Origin: an uncultured Myxococcales bacterium
GTDB taxonomy: Bacteria > Myxococcota > UBA4151
Reading direction: 5' to 3'
DNA: 48,738 bases
NCBI GenBank assembly: GCA_964013405.1
Contig: CAXGWI010000011.1
Coordinates: 1 to 48,738 of the forward strand
The notes below the pieces were generated by a model. The model saw nothing but the letters and a program-made list of their open reading frames with translations. It made no database searches and was not told the origin of the DNA. The position numbers were made by a program, and so were the translations under genes. Positions 48,166-48,738 of the stretch are shown here, one piece after another. Position 1 is the first letter of the stretch, and each line of letters opens with the position of its first letter.

Positions 48166-48738
48166 ATGATCCGTCAAACCTGGCTTGGATTGGCTTTGCT
48201 GAGCGCCTGTTTGCCTTCCAGTCCGGAGCCTGCACCGGAAATCCCGTCGCCGGATCGCCCAGCCCGGCTGCCCTCGGCACCGGCCACCGATGCAGGCCCT
48301 TATATCCCCGATGATGCTGGCGCACCCGTCCAGATTCTTGAGGTCAATCCGGCCGAGGGTCCCAGCACCGGGGGAACACGGGTCCAACTTCGCGGTGAGG
48401 GGTTGGCGGCGGATAGTCAGGTGTTGCTGGGGGGTCAACCGGTCCTCGACATGTTGCTCCGTAATCAGCGAATCATCACTTTCCGCACACCACCGGGAAG
48501 TCCTGGGGCGGCGACGATTCGGGTCATCAATAGCCTTGGCGAGGCATCCATAGAGGGTGCGTTTACCTACTTTGACAGTCTTCGTCTCGACGGCATCGAG
48601 CCCGCAAGTGGTCCCCGAGTAGGGGGGACGCCCATCGTCCTTCGGGGCGAGGGCTTTGATGCACGCACAGCGATTCTAATCGGCGGTCGTTCCATCGTCG
48701 CTCAGGAACTCATCAGTGCCCAGGAGATCCGTGGTTTC
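48166..48738 (+). CDS. IPT/TIG-repeat lipoprotein (runs off window end; absent from ORF track)
   Basis: Hand translation: GGAGG RBS at 48151-55, MIRQTWLGLALLSAC lipobox, Pro-rich linker with DAG motifs, repeats VNPAEGPSTGGTRVQLRGEGL and IEPASGPRVGGTPIVLRGEGF; no stop. Start may be GTG 48163. Confidence 0.85.
   Translation, partial: MIRQTWLGLALLSACLPSSPEPAPEIPSPDRPARLPSAPATDAGPYIPDDAGAPVQILEVNPAEGPSTGGTRVQLRGEGLAADSQVLLGGQPVLDMLLRNQRIITFRTPPGSPGAATIRVINSLGEASIEGAFTYFDSLRLDGIEPASGPRVGGTPIVLRGEGFDARTAILIGGRSIVAQELISAQEIRGF

Noticed and set aside
47644..48553. ORF-track calls 47644-48438 (-) and 48290-48553 (+)
   Set aside because: They overlap dnaE and the better-supported IPT/TIG frame starting at 48163/48166.

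Overview
Gene-dense, GC-rich (roughly 60%, estimated by eye) core chromosome of a diderm bacterium, probably Myxococcota or another deltaproteobacterial lineage (inferred from gene families, not from a search). Left to right: tRNA-Phe and groES-groEL; a minus-strand lon-thiL-sensor-LolA-like operon; hemW-grpE-dnaK-dnaJ without hrcA; a Rep/UvrD-type helicase coupled to mfd; a diguanylate cyclase and a FleQ/FlrA-like sigma54 activator; a sigma54-promoter-led flagellar operon (TPR protein, flgBC, fliEFGHI, MotE/FlbB-like, fliK, flgD, small flagellar protein, flgE; no fliJ); a convergent envelope/cofactor operon (CGC-motif tetraheme cytochrome, LysM lytic transglycosylase, moeA, mobA, three parvulin/SurA foldases, pdxA); plsY, an FHA-GGDEF cyclase, dnaE and the start of an IPT/TIG lipoprotein. 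I found no mobile element, CRISPR array, rRNA or defence island, and I cannot claim a wholly new system. The best leads are: a 120-bp, 34% GC patch with FleQ-box-like repeats inside pdxA; the cyclase plus pseudo-receiver activator module heading a fliJ-less flagellar operon; a sensor with an H-box but no ATPase domain; the CGC-motif cytochrome fusion; and candidate non-CIRCE heat-shock cis elements.
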